A stretch of 64,000 nucleotides of DNA, from assembly GCF_036321535.1 (NCBI RefSeq), contig NC_087447.1, forward strand, positions 46,502,001 to 46,566,000, given 5' to 3'. The notes below the pieces were generated by a model. It searched no databases. It was not told the origin of the DNA and saw only the letters and a list, made by a program, of their open reading frames with translations. Origin of the DNA: Camelus dromedarius. Its lineage: Eukaryota. The position numbers were made by a program, and so were the translations under genes. Positions 13,336-26,754 of the stretch are shown in pieces (position 1 is the first letter of the stretch; each line of letters begins with the position of its first letter).

Positions 13336-15119
13336 ATATTATTTCACCTAATCACTCTCTCTGCCTCATTTTCCTCATCTGTAAATGGAGACAATCATAG
13401 TATTTATACTTCATAAGCTTTTTGTAAGAAATAAATTAGTTAATATATGTAAAGCACTCAGAACAGTGCCTAGCACATATAAAACACAATGTAAGTATTA
13501 GAGCAGTTTTTGAGTTGTTGTTGTTTTTACTACTAAAGTTCAGAGCTGACTAATATAGCGATTATCAGATTTTTCTGCTTAAATTGAAATAACACAGAGA
13601 AAAGACAGTCTCCCAACTTCAGTCAGAAAATGTTAACAACACTAATCATATAGTTGGTCCTGATATTTGTCAGCCACTGCTATGAATACAAATGACCAGT
13701 GCTGATATCTATGACATCTAGCAAAACTCAGGCCAGCCAGTTTGAGCCAGAGCCAGAATATTGCATGCTTTTTGTAGCTCTGGAAATTATCACTCCAGAA
13801 AGACTAGCGGTCTTAGTTAGAATAATGAAGCAAATTGTTGGGAGAAATAGTACACGAGAAGATTCTCACTTTAGTTTGTCAAACCACCAGGCAGGACACT
13901 TAGGACATTTTAGCAAATCCTAAAATGGTTCATTTATATCACTTTTAGCTTAGCTATAAGCTACATCACTGTGCACTGAAATTTTTTCTCTGCTCATCGG
14001 TAATGACTACCACCTCTTCAAAACTCACTGCATTGTCTTCCATCTTCCTGTCATTTAAAACATGCTTGGAAGTGTTCCAATTAGTTGCTGAGTCCAGAAA
14101 TAAAGTTCTTACCAGACAATTGTCTTGAGCTGCTCTCTAATATTATGATTTAGTCCCTCTGTTTTTGGTTGCTTTCCCTTCCCAGCTACTTCTCTTTGAC
14201 TTTCAGAGAAGGCCAGGAATGCTCTCCCTGCCATCTTTCATTCTAACTTCCTACTTATGATATCTACTCTTAAAACCCAAGCGCCATGGCCTCACGTTAT
14301 TACCGAAAAAGAAGAAAAATAAAATTAAATGGTACTGTTAGAAGATTTTCCCTGGCAGTGCCGGTATCATTCCAAAGATCATTTCTGTGCTTGATTTTGC
14401 ATCAGTAGACAGCCTGAGTTGCTCCAGAGTTGTTAAATAAAAGCCCACACAAGGAACCCAGCTTCTAATGATTTCCAAAAAGCTATTTGTATAGCTAGCT
14501 TATGCTTCTTCCAAACTGAAAACAGAATTAACAAGAAGTATCAGCCTGTCCATCCTAGAACAAGGATTAGAATCCAGGTCTTTCTGTTTCAAATCTAATG
14601 CTCTCCATCTATATTATAGATGATCCCTTTCAGAACTGAAATTCTATTATCCTAGGTAAGAATTTAAACAAAAATAGAAACTGCTTCATTCCTACCAAAA
14701 CTGGTCTTCTCCACCACCAGACCAGTGCTTTCAACCAAGGTGGGATGGAAAAGCATTGGCCTAGAGAGCACAAGGCCCAGGTCTAAGTTCTGACTCCACT
14801 GTTTACTAAGTGCATGACAATGAACAAGTAACTACAAATCTAGGCCTAAAGCTCCTCATTCGAAAAACCAGGGACCCTGGTGGTCACTTACATTTAACTC
14901 TTCTTAGCATCAAGTCCTACCCTAAAAGACCCCGGGAAGAGATTGCTTCCATTCTCGTTAGTATCAAAGGAAGCTCCATCCACAGGTACAAATGTAGCAG
15001 AGGCTAAAGCACTGTTTTTCCTTTCCCTGTCAAGTCTCACACAAAATGTTTTCACTCAGAACTCTGAAGTGAATGTTTCAGAAAAAAAAAAAAAAGTGGT
15101 ACTCATGGCCTAGCAGTTT

Positions 15120-15450
15120 TACATATGAAAAAGATCTGAAGAGCTAAAGTTTTAATTTAATAGGTTCAACATGAGTCAGCAGAGTGATGTGACTGTTGAA
15201 GGCACCGGTAACTAATCAGACTGCATTAACAGATGTACAGCATCCAGAACTGACAAGCCAACGGTCTTGCTCAGCTCTGTGCTGATCAAACCACTGGGGG
15301 CCAGCATTCAACTCTAGAAGCCATGACCTAAGAAAGATTTAACAAAAGCATCCATGTGCAGGAAACCAAGATGAAGAGGAGGCTGGAAAAAAAATGTTTT
15401 CTTCAAAGAACTAGGGCTATTTAACCTGGAAGAGAAGACTCAGGAGAGAG
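15120..15450 (+). mobile_element. L3/CR1 LINE remnant (C-terminal RT region)
   Basis: Translated fragments NMSQQSDV and KELGLFNLEEK match CR1 motifs LNMSQQC and LKELGLFSLEKRRL. Confidence 0.65.
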
Positions 15451-15820
15451 TCCACCTGGGCTTCAACCCAATCTTTGAATCATTTAGGACTCAGCAGAGC
15501 CAGGACCAAGTGGAGAGCTTCAGAAGAAAGGAGCTGCCTCAAAAGGCCAGCAGGCTCCCTATATCTGGAGATAAAGCAGACAAAGCTGGGAGATTCCTTT
15601 GAGGGGTTGGGAGAGCGCGTCAGGAGAGGGATAGAATTCAGTTAGAATTCTAATGAAGAACAACTCCAACTCTGAAGCATCTTCCCCCATTCCCAACACA
15701 GTGACTCTATTCAGTCTCATTCAGTCTCTATACAGTCTCTATTCAGCATGTAGAACCATTTCAGTAATTTGTTCTTTACTAAGCGTTTTATACCCATGTC
15801 CTTTTAAGGCCAAGTTTCTA

Positions 15821-16042
<222 letters not shown>

Positions 16043-16454
16043 TCAGCCCACCAAGATCTCCATACAGGTCATCCATCTAACTATCCACAGCACATCCCAT
16101 CCCCCCAATGTACAAGTGTATCGCATCATTCATGTAGCCTTCCTTCCATGTGTTTATGTCCTACTTGCCAACTAGACTGCCTTTTCTTCTTTGTTATATT
16201 TTCACTTGAAAAAAAATGAATGAGAACTTCCTTCCTCAAATTTTTTAATTATGGAAAAGGGAGGAAGAATTAATGACTTTTGAGCACTTATTCATACACT
16301 AAGCAACATTCCACTAACTTCTGTTTTCTCATCTAATCTTCACAATCAGTGGATTATCACACCTACTTTACAAATGAGAACAGTAATACTCTCAAAGAAC
16401 ACAATTTACCCCAAATTCTCAAAACATTAAGTTTAGGGAGATTAAATTACTTGC

Positions 16455-16999
16455 TGTGATGATTTTATAATATGCCGACAAATCTTTGACAATCCTCCCA
16501 CAAAAGTGGATTTCCCCTCCCCTTGAATAAAGGCTTACTTTTAGTGACTCATCTTCTAATGAAAAGAATGTGGTAGCAATGATGTGGAATGACTTCCAAG
16601 GCTAGGTTAGAAGAGGCAATACAGATTCCACCTGGCTCTCTCCCTTTTGGGACACATGCTGTGGGAGGTCTGAGCCAACACGTAAGAAGCCTGGCTACCC
16701 TGAAGCTGTCATTCTAGAGAGATCATGTGGAAAGACTATACAGAGTTAGGGAGAGATGTCTAAGCAGCCCAGCTGTATGAGTCTTCCAGCCCAGGAGTCA
16801 GACATGTGGGTGACTGAGACTTCAGGTGATTCTCACCCCCCTACTTTTGAGTTACTTCACCTGATGCCAAGTGGATACAGATAAGCTATCTCTGATAAGC
16901 CAAGCCCAGATTGCAGAAATCTGACAAAATAAATGCTATTGCGTTTTGAGCCACTACATTTGGGGGACGTTTGTTACATATCATTAGATAACTAAAACA
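16455..16999 (+). mobile_element. MLT1 (MLT1H-like) MaLR solo LTR inserted in a MIR
   Basis: tg...ca termini; gacttccaaggctaggttagaagagg, agaagcctggctaccctgaagctg, gccactacatttggggg...tttgttaca...agataactaaaaca. Confidence 0.75.
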
Positions 17000-17849
17000 T
17001 CTGCTAAGGTTATAGCTGGTAAGTGATAGAGTTAGTATTTCAACCCAAGTTATCTGACTTTATAGCCCAAACTTTTCCCCTGCACTGCATATACTATCCT
17101 TTAGTTTCGTGGATTTTTTTTTCATACTATATTTTTACAAGAAAGAAGAAAAGCAAAAGAAGTCAAAGCTTTTAGAAATGTAACTGGTAATTAATTTCAC
17201 AGATACTCATTCAGCCTGATCCTTAACCTCATAAATGCATACAAAATTGAACATGTATCACTGTTTTCCACAGAGCATTGAACATCAAAGAAATGTGCAA
17301 CTCTGATCACTACTCTTAGAAGAAGACATTTTTTAAATAGTCCATCTAACATTCAGTGTATTGTATGCAATAAATTGTAAATCTTAACATTTTTTCCCAA
17401 GTTGCTACCTAGTATACCAACCCCATTCATTAAATTATCTTTCATTCCTTTTTGGGAAAATGCTAGTTAATAAGAAGTTAAGTCTTTACATATAGTTAGG
17501 TATATTTCTAAGTTCTCCATTCTTTTGCACTAAATCATATTTCTATTTTTGTGCTAGTACTTGACTATTTTGTTATAAATTTTATTTTATTTTATACTTT
17601 TAGAATTTCTCTAATAGCTTGACCCCCTTTTCCCATGGCTCTTCTATTTCAGAATACTTCTTGTCAATTTCAGTTGCTTTCTTTTCAAAATGAATCTTAA
17701 AACAATTTTGGTCATTTTATTAAGAGTCTGATTTGCTCTCATTAGGGTCCTAAGTGATGAGATCACTGGACCTTAAACACCAGACACTAGGACATCTCAG
17801 GGAAAGCACAGCCACAAGCAGTCTGAGACAGCCAGTCTAGGGGCAGAAA

Positions 17850-18620
17850 TTCATTCATTCATTTATTTAACAAATACAAGATTTCTATGTACCAGCATAG
17901 TTCCTGGTATTTTAGCTGTGGCCAGAAGACACAAAGAACTTACTGCACTAGAAGTGCAGTAAGTAGTAAACAAAACAGATAAAAATCTTTATCCTCACTG
18001 AGCTAACGTCCCATTTGGGTGTGAGAGACAATTATTTATATAAAGCAGGGAAGAGCAGCAGGGAATGCCAAGAGTAGTGGCATTCGTGATTTATCATCTT
18101 AACTAAAGGAGCCAAGGAAGGCCTCATTAAGAAGGTAACTTTTAAGCAAATATCTGAAGCAAATGTTGGAGAGAGGCAAGCCGAATAACTGGAAGAAGAG
18201 TATCCCAAGAACAGGGAATAGCAAATGCAAAGGCCCTGTGACAAGAACAAGCATGTTCCAGGAATAGCAAGGAGGCCAGTGTGGTCAAAGAGAAGTGAGG
18301 TGGTAACTAGTAGGAGATGAATTCAGGGAAGCAACAAGGGTCCAGATCATAAAGTCCCTTGTAGGACATCATAAGGACTTTGACTTTATGCTGAGATGGA
18401 GGAATCTGAAGAGAGGTGTGATATGATCACAGTTATATATATATTTTTAATTTTTCTGAATGCTGTGTTGAGGAGCAGACTATAGGAGGGCAAGGGCAGA
18501 CGCAGGGAAACCAGGTGGCAATTGCAATAATCAAGGTGTAAGCTAATGGTGGCTTGAAACAAAGTAGTAGTGTAGGGGTAATGAGAAGTGGACAGGTTTT
18601 GCATATATTTTAAAGAGATC
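17850..18620 (-). mobile_element. L2 LINE fragment
   Basis: (ttca)n tail, then ggaaggcctcattaagaaggtaacttttaagca...gggaatagcaaatgcaaaggccctg...caaggaggccagtgtgg. Confidence 0.7.
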
Positions 18621-18878
18621 AAATTTCTAATCTTCATAATTTTTTAGTTTTGATTTATCAGGTCCTTTAAGGTAGCCCCTACTTTGGTCCTCCTAGGCTC
18701 TAAGCCAGACCTTCTTACTCTAAGACTAGGGAAACGTGTTATATGTAGGCCTTAGGATCAGGAATGCCAAAATCTTCCAGGAAGGGGATTTTCTACCATT
18801 ACCCACTAACTGCAGGAAACCTTGTGATGAGACATACCAGCTACTTACAGAGAATCAACAAGAATTAGACTGCTTTTT

Positions 18879-18918
18879 TTTTTTTCCAATTGAAGCATAG
18901 TCAGTTTCCAATGTTGTG
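18879..18918 (-). mobile_element. ~40-bp 5'-truncated young L1 3' tip with 18-bp TSD
   Basis: TSD agaattagactgcttttt at 18861-18878 and 18919-18936. The insert matches the extreme 3' end of the young L1s at 27966-28776 and 61760-61937. Confidence 0.8.
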
Positions 18919-21283
18919 AGAATTAGACTGCTTTTTATAGCCAAGTCTGATCACTGAGGTATATGGAGAGCAGAGAAGCTTATGGGAAGAATGTCCAAGG
19001 AGGATCTGCCCAGGGGCTCACATCGGGCTCTGTTGGTGCCACAAAACATGCAAAGAAAGAGTAGGGTCAGAAAACAAAGCCAGCAAGAAAGTGGTGCCAA
19101 ACGAGGAATGTGGGCTGACAGAAGGTCTATCCAAAGGAAAGGCCTGATGCTGAGAAAAATCTCTTTAGAGCATAAAGTAGTGGGGCTGCAACAATTAGGC
19201 CTTAAGAGCAGGAAAGGCAGTGTACTCAAAATGTAAAGAGCTCCGAACCCATAAAAACAGACTCCTCCCTTCCTGTGAGACTTTTGGGCAAGTACTTAGC
19301 ATCTCTGGGCCTGTTTTCCCCTCAAAATGAGAGCTAATTATCCCTCTCATTTGAGTGTGATAAGGATTAAACGAGTCATGTTTGCAGAGGTCATAAACTG
19401 CCTTTGAACATGTCTTTTAGTGGCCCACAGAGCATTTTATAAGTCAAAACTATATTTAGAAATCAAATTTCACCACAAAAGTCCAGCTCTCTTTAAAAAA
19501 TATCTAAAGATACAGGAACACTGAGCTCCAGTGACAACTTTAGAACTTTATTTAGGGGCTACGATTTGATTGGAAGGGAGAGTGGTGGCTAAGGGACTTG
19601 TTGTGAGGTTGTGTTTGCATAGCAAGCACATTGTTTGTATGTAGATTGTTCATTACAAATTAATTTTTAAATGCAATATTTTATGAAGACATTTTTATTC
19701 ACACTTAAAATTAAGAAAAAAATCAATTGTCCATATGAAATAATATTATATCTATGTTGCAGCTGGGGCAGCTTGGAAGTGGGGGAGTTGGTGCTGAGGG
19801 AGACAATGAGGGCCTCAAGCCCCCACCCCCAGGGAATCACTCCTCAGTTGGCCTGTCTACCTGGCAACAATCTGCCAGAGTGGAGCAGCAAGAGCACCCT
19901 GTGAAGAGGAATACTCTCTAGTTTGCCACAGCTCCCACCACTCACAGATTTATGTGTGTGCACTTTTGCAGCCCACATTCTTCAGTTATGATAACCCAAC
20001 TCCTCAGGGCATAGAGCTTGTGACTCCTGAAGTTCAGAAAAGCACAGTTAAGTTTTAAAGCACAACTTGAATGTTAGCTGTGATTATTATTGGAAGGAGG
20101 GTAAGATAAGGATATGACAGGAAAAGAAAAAGCTTCTTCATCAAAGATGACACTTCTGTGCTCCCACAGCCACTGAGTATACCAGTATCAGTCTTGTTAT
20201 GTGTCTATCTCCTCTACCAAATAATATATCCTTCGACAGAAGGTCCCAGTTACCCAGCCGTAAACACAGTATACAAGAAAGTTGTACTAAACTAGAACTC
20301 TGATGTCTAACATACTTGGGGTAGGCATTACCACGTATTACCCTGAACTCTGTCCCACATCCAACTGATAGCTAAACCTGACTTAAGACAAAACTTAAAA
20401 GCAACAAAAAGCAAAAACAAAACAAAACAAAACAAAACAGGCAACTTTTGGCTCCCACAACAAGGATTTACTATTTCAGACTCAGAACAAGCAGCTCTTC
20501 TCTCAGGAAGGCCTAAGGAGGCTCCCTAAAAGTCTTGCCTTACCATGGAGAATGCAGCATTGGCTAGAGGTGCAGCTCAACAGCTCTCTGAAGAGCCAAG
20601 GGACCAGTTGTCACTAGGTATATTTAGCTGTATGAGCTGAGAAAAGTAATCTCCCTGGCAGTGGCACAAAGCATGCAACCCCATCCCAAGTGAAGCAGTA
20701 GGGAAGGGGTGTGGAACAGAGCAGACAGGAGGAGAGACATCTCTCTAGAATTCCCAATAAAATAGGCCCAGCCAGCTTCATCAGGGAACAGAATTCACTG
20801 ACATAAAGCTAGAAGAGGAGGAGCACATCTTCAGGTGCTGGAATCAGGCAGGTTTCCCAGTTTCTTGGAACCAATTACTCCTCTTTCCCCTTCCCAGTCT
20901 TGTTCACCACCTTGCTCACTTTCCATGTCTCCCAAACCAGACCATACCACCTTCACTCCCACTACCCCCACACACAATGTTTATAACCCACAACACACAT
21001 GCCCAGATCTGAGAAGCTTCCCAACTCTTGTTCACCACGTGAACATCCAGCAAGGACCCACATTGTAACAACAGCTCTGAATGCCATTTGTACAGAATTC
21101 TGGGACAGGATGTCTCAGGGGTGAAATGTCTGTCCTCAATGAGACCAGAAGCTATTGCTCAAGATCAGGGAGAGGACAGTCATTTCTTACTTACCTTTGT
21201 ACATCCAGTTTCACATCTGCCAACCCATCTACCATACTAGTCACTAGAATGACTTTTGTAAAATGTAAATCTAACTATATCAG

Positions 21284-22882
21284 AGAATTGTAGACTGGGG
21301 CAACTAAAGCAAGGTGAAAGCCCACTGGCAAGGACTACTGCCTGAGATGTAGGGGGCAGCCTAGCCTGGCGAGATCACGGGCGTTTCACCCTCCAGGGGC
21401 AGGCAGGCCGGCCAGGGTCCCCCTGTCAGCCTCGAACCCAGGGAAGCACTGGGCCTGAGCCAACTGCCACTGGAACTGCTCCTGACAGTGCTGAGCTACT
21501 TGCCACCGCCCCCCCCCCATACACACAAGCTGCTTGGGTGCTGCCACTAGGTATGTTCGTGCTAGTGTGCCCTGGTGGATGCCCTGGCCCTGTGGCTGAT
21601 GACCCTGGCCTGGGACCACCGCGCCCTGTGGCTCATCATCCACAGCTGCCTACCCCGCGACAACGATGCCAGTCCCTGCCTCCTGGGCCACTTTTGTGAG
21701 CACAGGCCAATAGGACACAACCTGCTGGGTAATCCTGAGAGTGAAGATGGCTTCAGGAAATGGACAATGCTGAGTGATGGGGAAGACTGGCCAGAGGAGG
21801 AAAACTGTCAGGTTATGCCTAGACCCCCTTCTCTGACCTACCTCCTATCTGCCTACAGGTGTTGTTACAATAAGAAAGTATTGGACCTGGAGGAGGAGGG
21901 TTTCTGGCCGGAACTCCTGATAGTGGCAAGATTGACATTTATGTCTCTGATAGGTGACAGACCAACAAGGCACTAACTGTGTATATCAGCTATTGTCCAG
22001 CTTCTTGATGCCAACCAGGCCATTCTGGACCATTTCTCTTCTAAACCTTATCCCATCCAGCAGTGTAGAACAATGTCATCTTTGAGGTCAGCCATGTGTT
22101 CTCCAACCTCAAGAGGTCTGCTTTGTGTCTCTTGAACACTGGATCTGGGACATGGAGCTCTGCTCTGAACATTTGCCCAACTCCAGTGAGTTCATGCAAG
22201 TCCGTCTGTCCTAGTCAAATGACTGTCCTAACAAAACAACCTGATTGTGCCTTTCAGGAGCTGTGACCATTGGCTGGGACATCTCATTAATCAAGGGCTT
22301 GTAGCTTTCTGGCATCCTAGGATCTCCTGAATCCAGTCAAGGGTCCTACTGGGCCCTGTTTTCATCAGTTTTTCCGGCAGCTATTCTCTAAGGCTGCCCC
22401 TGTTCTTCTGAGTGGAGAACCCCCTGGTGAGTACAGGGAAATGCTGGAACTGGAGAGGATTCCTCCCCCTCCCCCCCGAAGCCTTCTAGTTCAGCCCCAG
22501 TCCCCTCTTCCCTTGTCTCCTCTGTTTCTGCCTCAGAGGCTTTCTTGGTTCCTTCCTGAAAGCCCTCTCCTCTGGTCTGATCTAGAACCTCATCCCTATG
22601 GCTGAGAAAATTCCAGCCCCCTTGGCTGGTGAACTTAACCTCCTGAAGTTTCATAACTGGGTCCAGGTCTCACAGCTGAAAGTCAACTACCTCAAAAAAT
22701 GTTTGGAGACAGATGTTTCTGCCCACTCTGTGAAAAATGAAGTGGTCCCCTGAGCCCAACTATACCTCGAATTGGATGTATAAAAATCTTTTGTTATTTT
22801 GAAATTCTTTTCAAACTTGGAGAAAATATATCAGCAATCTATCTGCCAATCATATGTAATAAATGTATTATTTTGCCCCCCA
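21284..22882 (+). pseudogene. FBXO27: Processed pseudogene of FBXO27 or an FBXO27-like paralog (F-box + FBA domain), antisense in STIM1 intron 2
   Basis: Intronless CDS remnant 21377-22214: (ACG)GVSPSRG...EALGLSQLPLELLLTVLSYLPP (F-box), ALWLMTLAWDH, FCEHRPIGHNLLGNP, KKVLDLEEEGFWPELL, VQLLDANQAILDHFS, SHVFSNLK, ending QVRLS-TAG like FBXO27. Start is ACG, in-frame TAG at 21548 and 21563, frameshifts from ~21919. 3'UTR with AATAAA at 22858-22863. TSD aaatctaactatatcag (21267-21283) / aaatctaattataccag (22883-22899). Confidence 0.9.
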
Positions 22883-23039
22883 AAATCTAATTATACCAGC
22901 ACACCTACTTAAAATCTCATGACTCCCCCTTACCTACAGGATAAAGCCCTAGTTTCTTGGCCTTACATTCAAGGACTTTTATAATCTGGCCCATAGACTA
23001 ACCTCCCAGTCCACTTCCTGGCCATCTACACTCAAGGCC

Positions 23040-23257
23040 AAGAGTCAGGAAACAATGGCCATGGGCCAAATCCTGCCTACTGCTTGTTTTTGTAAATAAA
23101 GTTTTGTTGGAACACAGCCACATTCACTCATCTATGTACTACTGCTGCTTTCGTGCTTCAAAGGCAGAGTTGAGTTGTTGTGACAGAGACTCAACGGCCA
23201 GCAAAGCCTAAAATATTGCCTATTTGGCCCAATATAGAACAAGTTTACCAACATTTG
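23040..23257. mobile_element. MER58A hAT-Charlie element
   Basis: gggccaaatcc...tgtttttgtaaataaagttttgttggaacacagccac...ggcagagttgagttgttgtgacagagac...gcaaagcctaaaatatt. Confidence 0.75.
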
Positions 23258-25029
23258 CTCTAGACTCATCAAGCTACTTCAGCCTCCTTGAACAAACCAC
23301 GCCCTTTTATACTTCTAAGCCTTTACACAAGGTGCTCCATTTAAAATACTTCTCCTTCTCTTTATCTGCTAAAGAAAAAGTCACTGGCTCTGTGAAGTTT
23401 TCCAGACCTCTCCCAAGCAAGGTAATTGCACTATCCTATTTGTTCTCTTAGTTCTCAGGGTATACACCTATGACAGTACTTATTCCATTATACTATAATT
23501 ACTATTTAATTACTCCCCTTTACTCCCCCTAAGCAACTCAAATATGGAAACTATTTTATTTGTCATTTATCTCTTTATCCAGCATCTTCCAAATTCTCTG
23601 GAACACCTAAATGAATAATTAATTTAGCTCTGTAAGCCTACCTCCAAGCATAGGGCCTGGCACAGAGCAGAGTATGTGGTTATTAAATAACTGAATGTAT
23701 GTCTCTCACTTGAGTTTGCCCTACAATGCTCAGAAGAATGCTTAGCTTACAACAGCTAGTCAATGCATATTATATCTACTATACAGAAGGAAAAAAAGGT
23801 TCCCAAATTGCCAGTCAATCTAAAACAAAGATATTCACCTAGGGGCCAGAGGGTTACACTGGCTTGGATTCAGTGTAATATGATGGCTTAGAGCTTGATT
23901 CTACAGCCAGGCTGCCTAGGTTTGAATCCTGGTTCTATCACTTACTTTCAGTGTACTAGTCACATCATTCATAAAATGGAGATAATAGTACAAAACTTCA
24001 TAATACTCTCAAGGTATTATAAGTGGATTAAATCACATAAAGACCTTAGAGTAGTACCTGGCACAAATTAAGCTTTCCTATGATGAACTGACCTTTCCTG
24101 TATATTAATATATTTGACATACTATAAGAGGAATATAAAGATACTAAAAATTTACAATCCTGGAGCCCACTATTGCTGATCTCTCATGTGTAAAGGAGAC
24201 ACATAAAGGAGGTAGAAGACAGATATTTCCTAAATGCTTGCTATATAAATGCCATGTGCCAAGAGATCAGCAATAGACAAGGCACTGTAATCTACTGACC
24301 TCTAAGGCCCTTTCCATTTTACTCTGTGATTCTTACTTTGGAAGCTTTAACTTTATTTAAAATAGAAATTCCACAGCCTTGGCAAGAACTTCCCTGCCTT
24401 TGCCACGTCAACTGCCGCTTCCTCCCATCTCCAGTGATAATGAAATACTTGAAATTTCCTGAAAGTACCAGGGTCTTAACCAGTCCCATGTCTTTGCACA
24501 TACCATTCCCTTAGCTAAAACACTTTTCCTTCTCCTGATCATTCCTAGTCATCTCTTCAGACCCAAATGATATATCAGCAACTCTGTACATGGGTAAAAC
24601 TAACTTAGGTCTTTCTCTTCTGTGACTCCATCACAGTTTTTACTTATCCTACTATAGTATCCTCATCTGTTTACATGTCTATTTCCATCACTAGAGGAAC
24701 TTCTTCTAAGGCAGCAACTTCACCTTTCCTTTTACTCCTATATATTTAGTACTCAGTACATATACAGGTAGAGAGAATCCCTCTGAGGTCAATGATAAAG
24801 TTTAGTCCTTGTCATGGTGTCATCCTTGACGTCCTCAGGCCATGACATTGGTCACACGACACAGATCAAATCCTAGAGGCAGCATCTAAAGTTGTAGCTT
24901 GCTAAGTACCTGGTCAGAACGGCAAAGACTGGGAAATTTTGACATCTCCAATCTTGCAAACTATCAGGACCAAAGTATCCAAGCTAGTCAAGGACTACTG
25001 GCTGGGGAAACTTATGAAAGGGGGATAGA

Positions 25030-26700
25030 AACAGATCACTAACTTAAAAATACTTCCCCTGAGAGAAAGGATTATCTTCTTAATTGGGTTCAATACTGCT
25101 GTGTTTACATAGGATGAGTATATAGCAACAGAGAGTTTTGAACCTCTTCCCAAAGGAAATTATTTCATTTGCAACAGAATGTGAGTAAGTTCAAGACTAA
25201 GGGCTCTCTCAGAAACAGTGGAAGTTGTGGTGAAAGGCAACTGAGAGAAGATTGGTGGATTAATTGGAGATATAGGCTAAACTGTGGGCTAAAGAATTTG
25301 CTGATGAGAACTGGGAAAAGAGACAACTGGGAGGAGCCCTCCTGGAATAAGAACAAATCTCAAACACTGATCTCAGGAACTATCCTTTCAAAGGAGACCT
25401 AACATGATTGGATCAGTCTGTGGAGAAAATTTATGCCCCAGGGCATTGTTGAAAATGATAGAGTAATCTGATGGCAACTAACAGAGCTTTATAGCTGATT
25501 GTGGCCAGGGAAAGACAGAGTCAAGGAAAGCCCTGCCAAAACCACTGTCATACAAAGGTGACTGTGGGCATATCCAAAGCTGTACCCTCTGAAAGGCAAC
25601 ATCAGAGGCTTCACACTGTAAGGAGGTGGTGAGAATAGACCACTAAAATAGTCTTTCCAGTCACCAAACAAATAAAGAAGCAAATAATAAGCCCCAGAGG
25701 TGTTGGACCAGTAGCCAGAGTTGCTACAGAGTTACTATCAAAAACATGCAGTTTCCATGCAAATTAACAGGAAAATATGACCCATACACCAGAAAAAAAT
25801 CAGGCAATAGAAATTGTGGAGCAACCAAATTTCAAATTTAACAGAAAAAGACTTCAAAGTAGCCATTATAAATATGTACAAAGACTAAAGAAAACCATGA
25901 TTAAAGAGATTAAAGAAGTAAGGGAATGTATGATGACAGTATCACATCAAATAAAGACTACCAATAGATGGAAATTACAAAAAAGAACCAAATAGATGTT
26001 GTGGAATTTAAAAAGTACAATAACTAAAATAAACATTTTAGGAGAGGGGCTCAACAGTAGCTCTGAAATAGCAAAAGACAGAATTATCAAATCTGAAGAG
26101 AGATTGAAAGAGATTACACAATCTAAAAACAGAAAAAAGAATGAGAAAAAAATGAACAGTTTCAGAGAAATGTAGAACACCATTTTGCTTATATGAATAA
26201 TGGGAGGATCAAAAGGAGAAGGTAAAGATAAAGGAGCAGGAAAAAAAATATTCAAAGAAATAAAGTCTAAGAATTTCCCAAGTTTATTGAAAAACATTAT
26301 GGGTAGCATACATACAGTTCAACAAACTTCAAAGAGGACAGGATAGATGCAAAAAGACCCACAAACAGACATATCATAGAACATGCTGAAAGCCAAAGGC
26401 AAGGAGAAAATCTTGAAAGCAGCAAAAGAAAAATGACTCATCACACACAAAGGAAGCCAAATAAAATTAGCAGCCTACTTCTCATCAAAAACAATGGATG
26501 CCGGAAGGCAGCAGGATGGCATGTTCAAAGTGCTAAGAGAAAAAAACTGTCAAGCAAGACTCTTAAATCCAGCAAAACTATCTTTTCAAAGTCAAGGCAA
26601 AATACAGATAAACAAACACTGAAAAAATTCTGTTAGGTGACACACTTTACCAAAATAAATAAATAAATAAAACCCACCAAAGGAAGTTCTTAAGGGTAGT
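25030..26700 (+). mobile_element. Old L1 5'UTR/ORF1 fragment
   Basis: A-rich ORF1-like remnants (aaggagaaaatcttgaaagcagcaaaagaaaaa = KEKILKAAKEK; ccagcaaaactatctttt = PAKLSF). Confidence 0.7.
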
Positions 26701-26754
26701 AAGTGATCTCAGATAATTTGAATCTACATTAAAAAAAATCCATTCCTTTCAAAA

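Noticed and set aside
21575..21976. 133-aa ORF with FBA-domain similarity as a functional retrogene
   Set aside because: It is an internal piece of the pseudogene: GTG start, upstream in-frame stops, no F-box, and a frameshift after PELL.
21386..22654. Minus-strand ORFs 21386..21643 and 22388..22654
   Set aside because: Antisense shadows of the GC-rich pseudogene CDS and 3'UTR; no recognisable protein.
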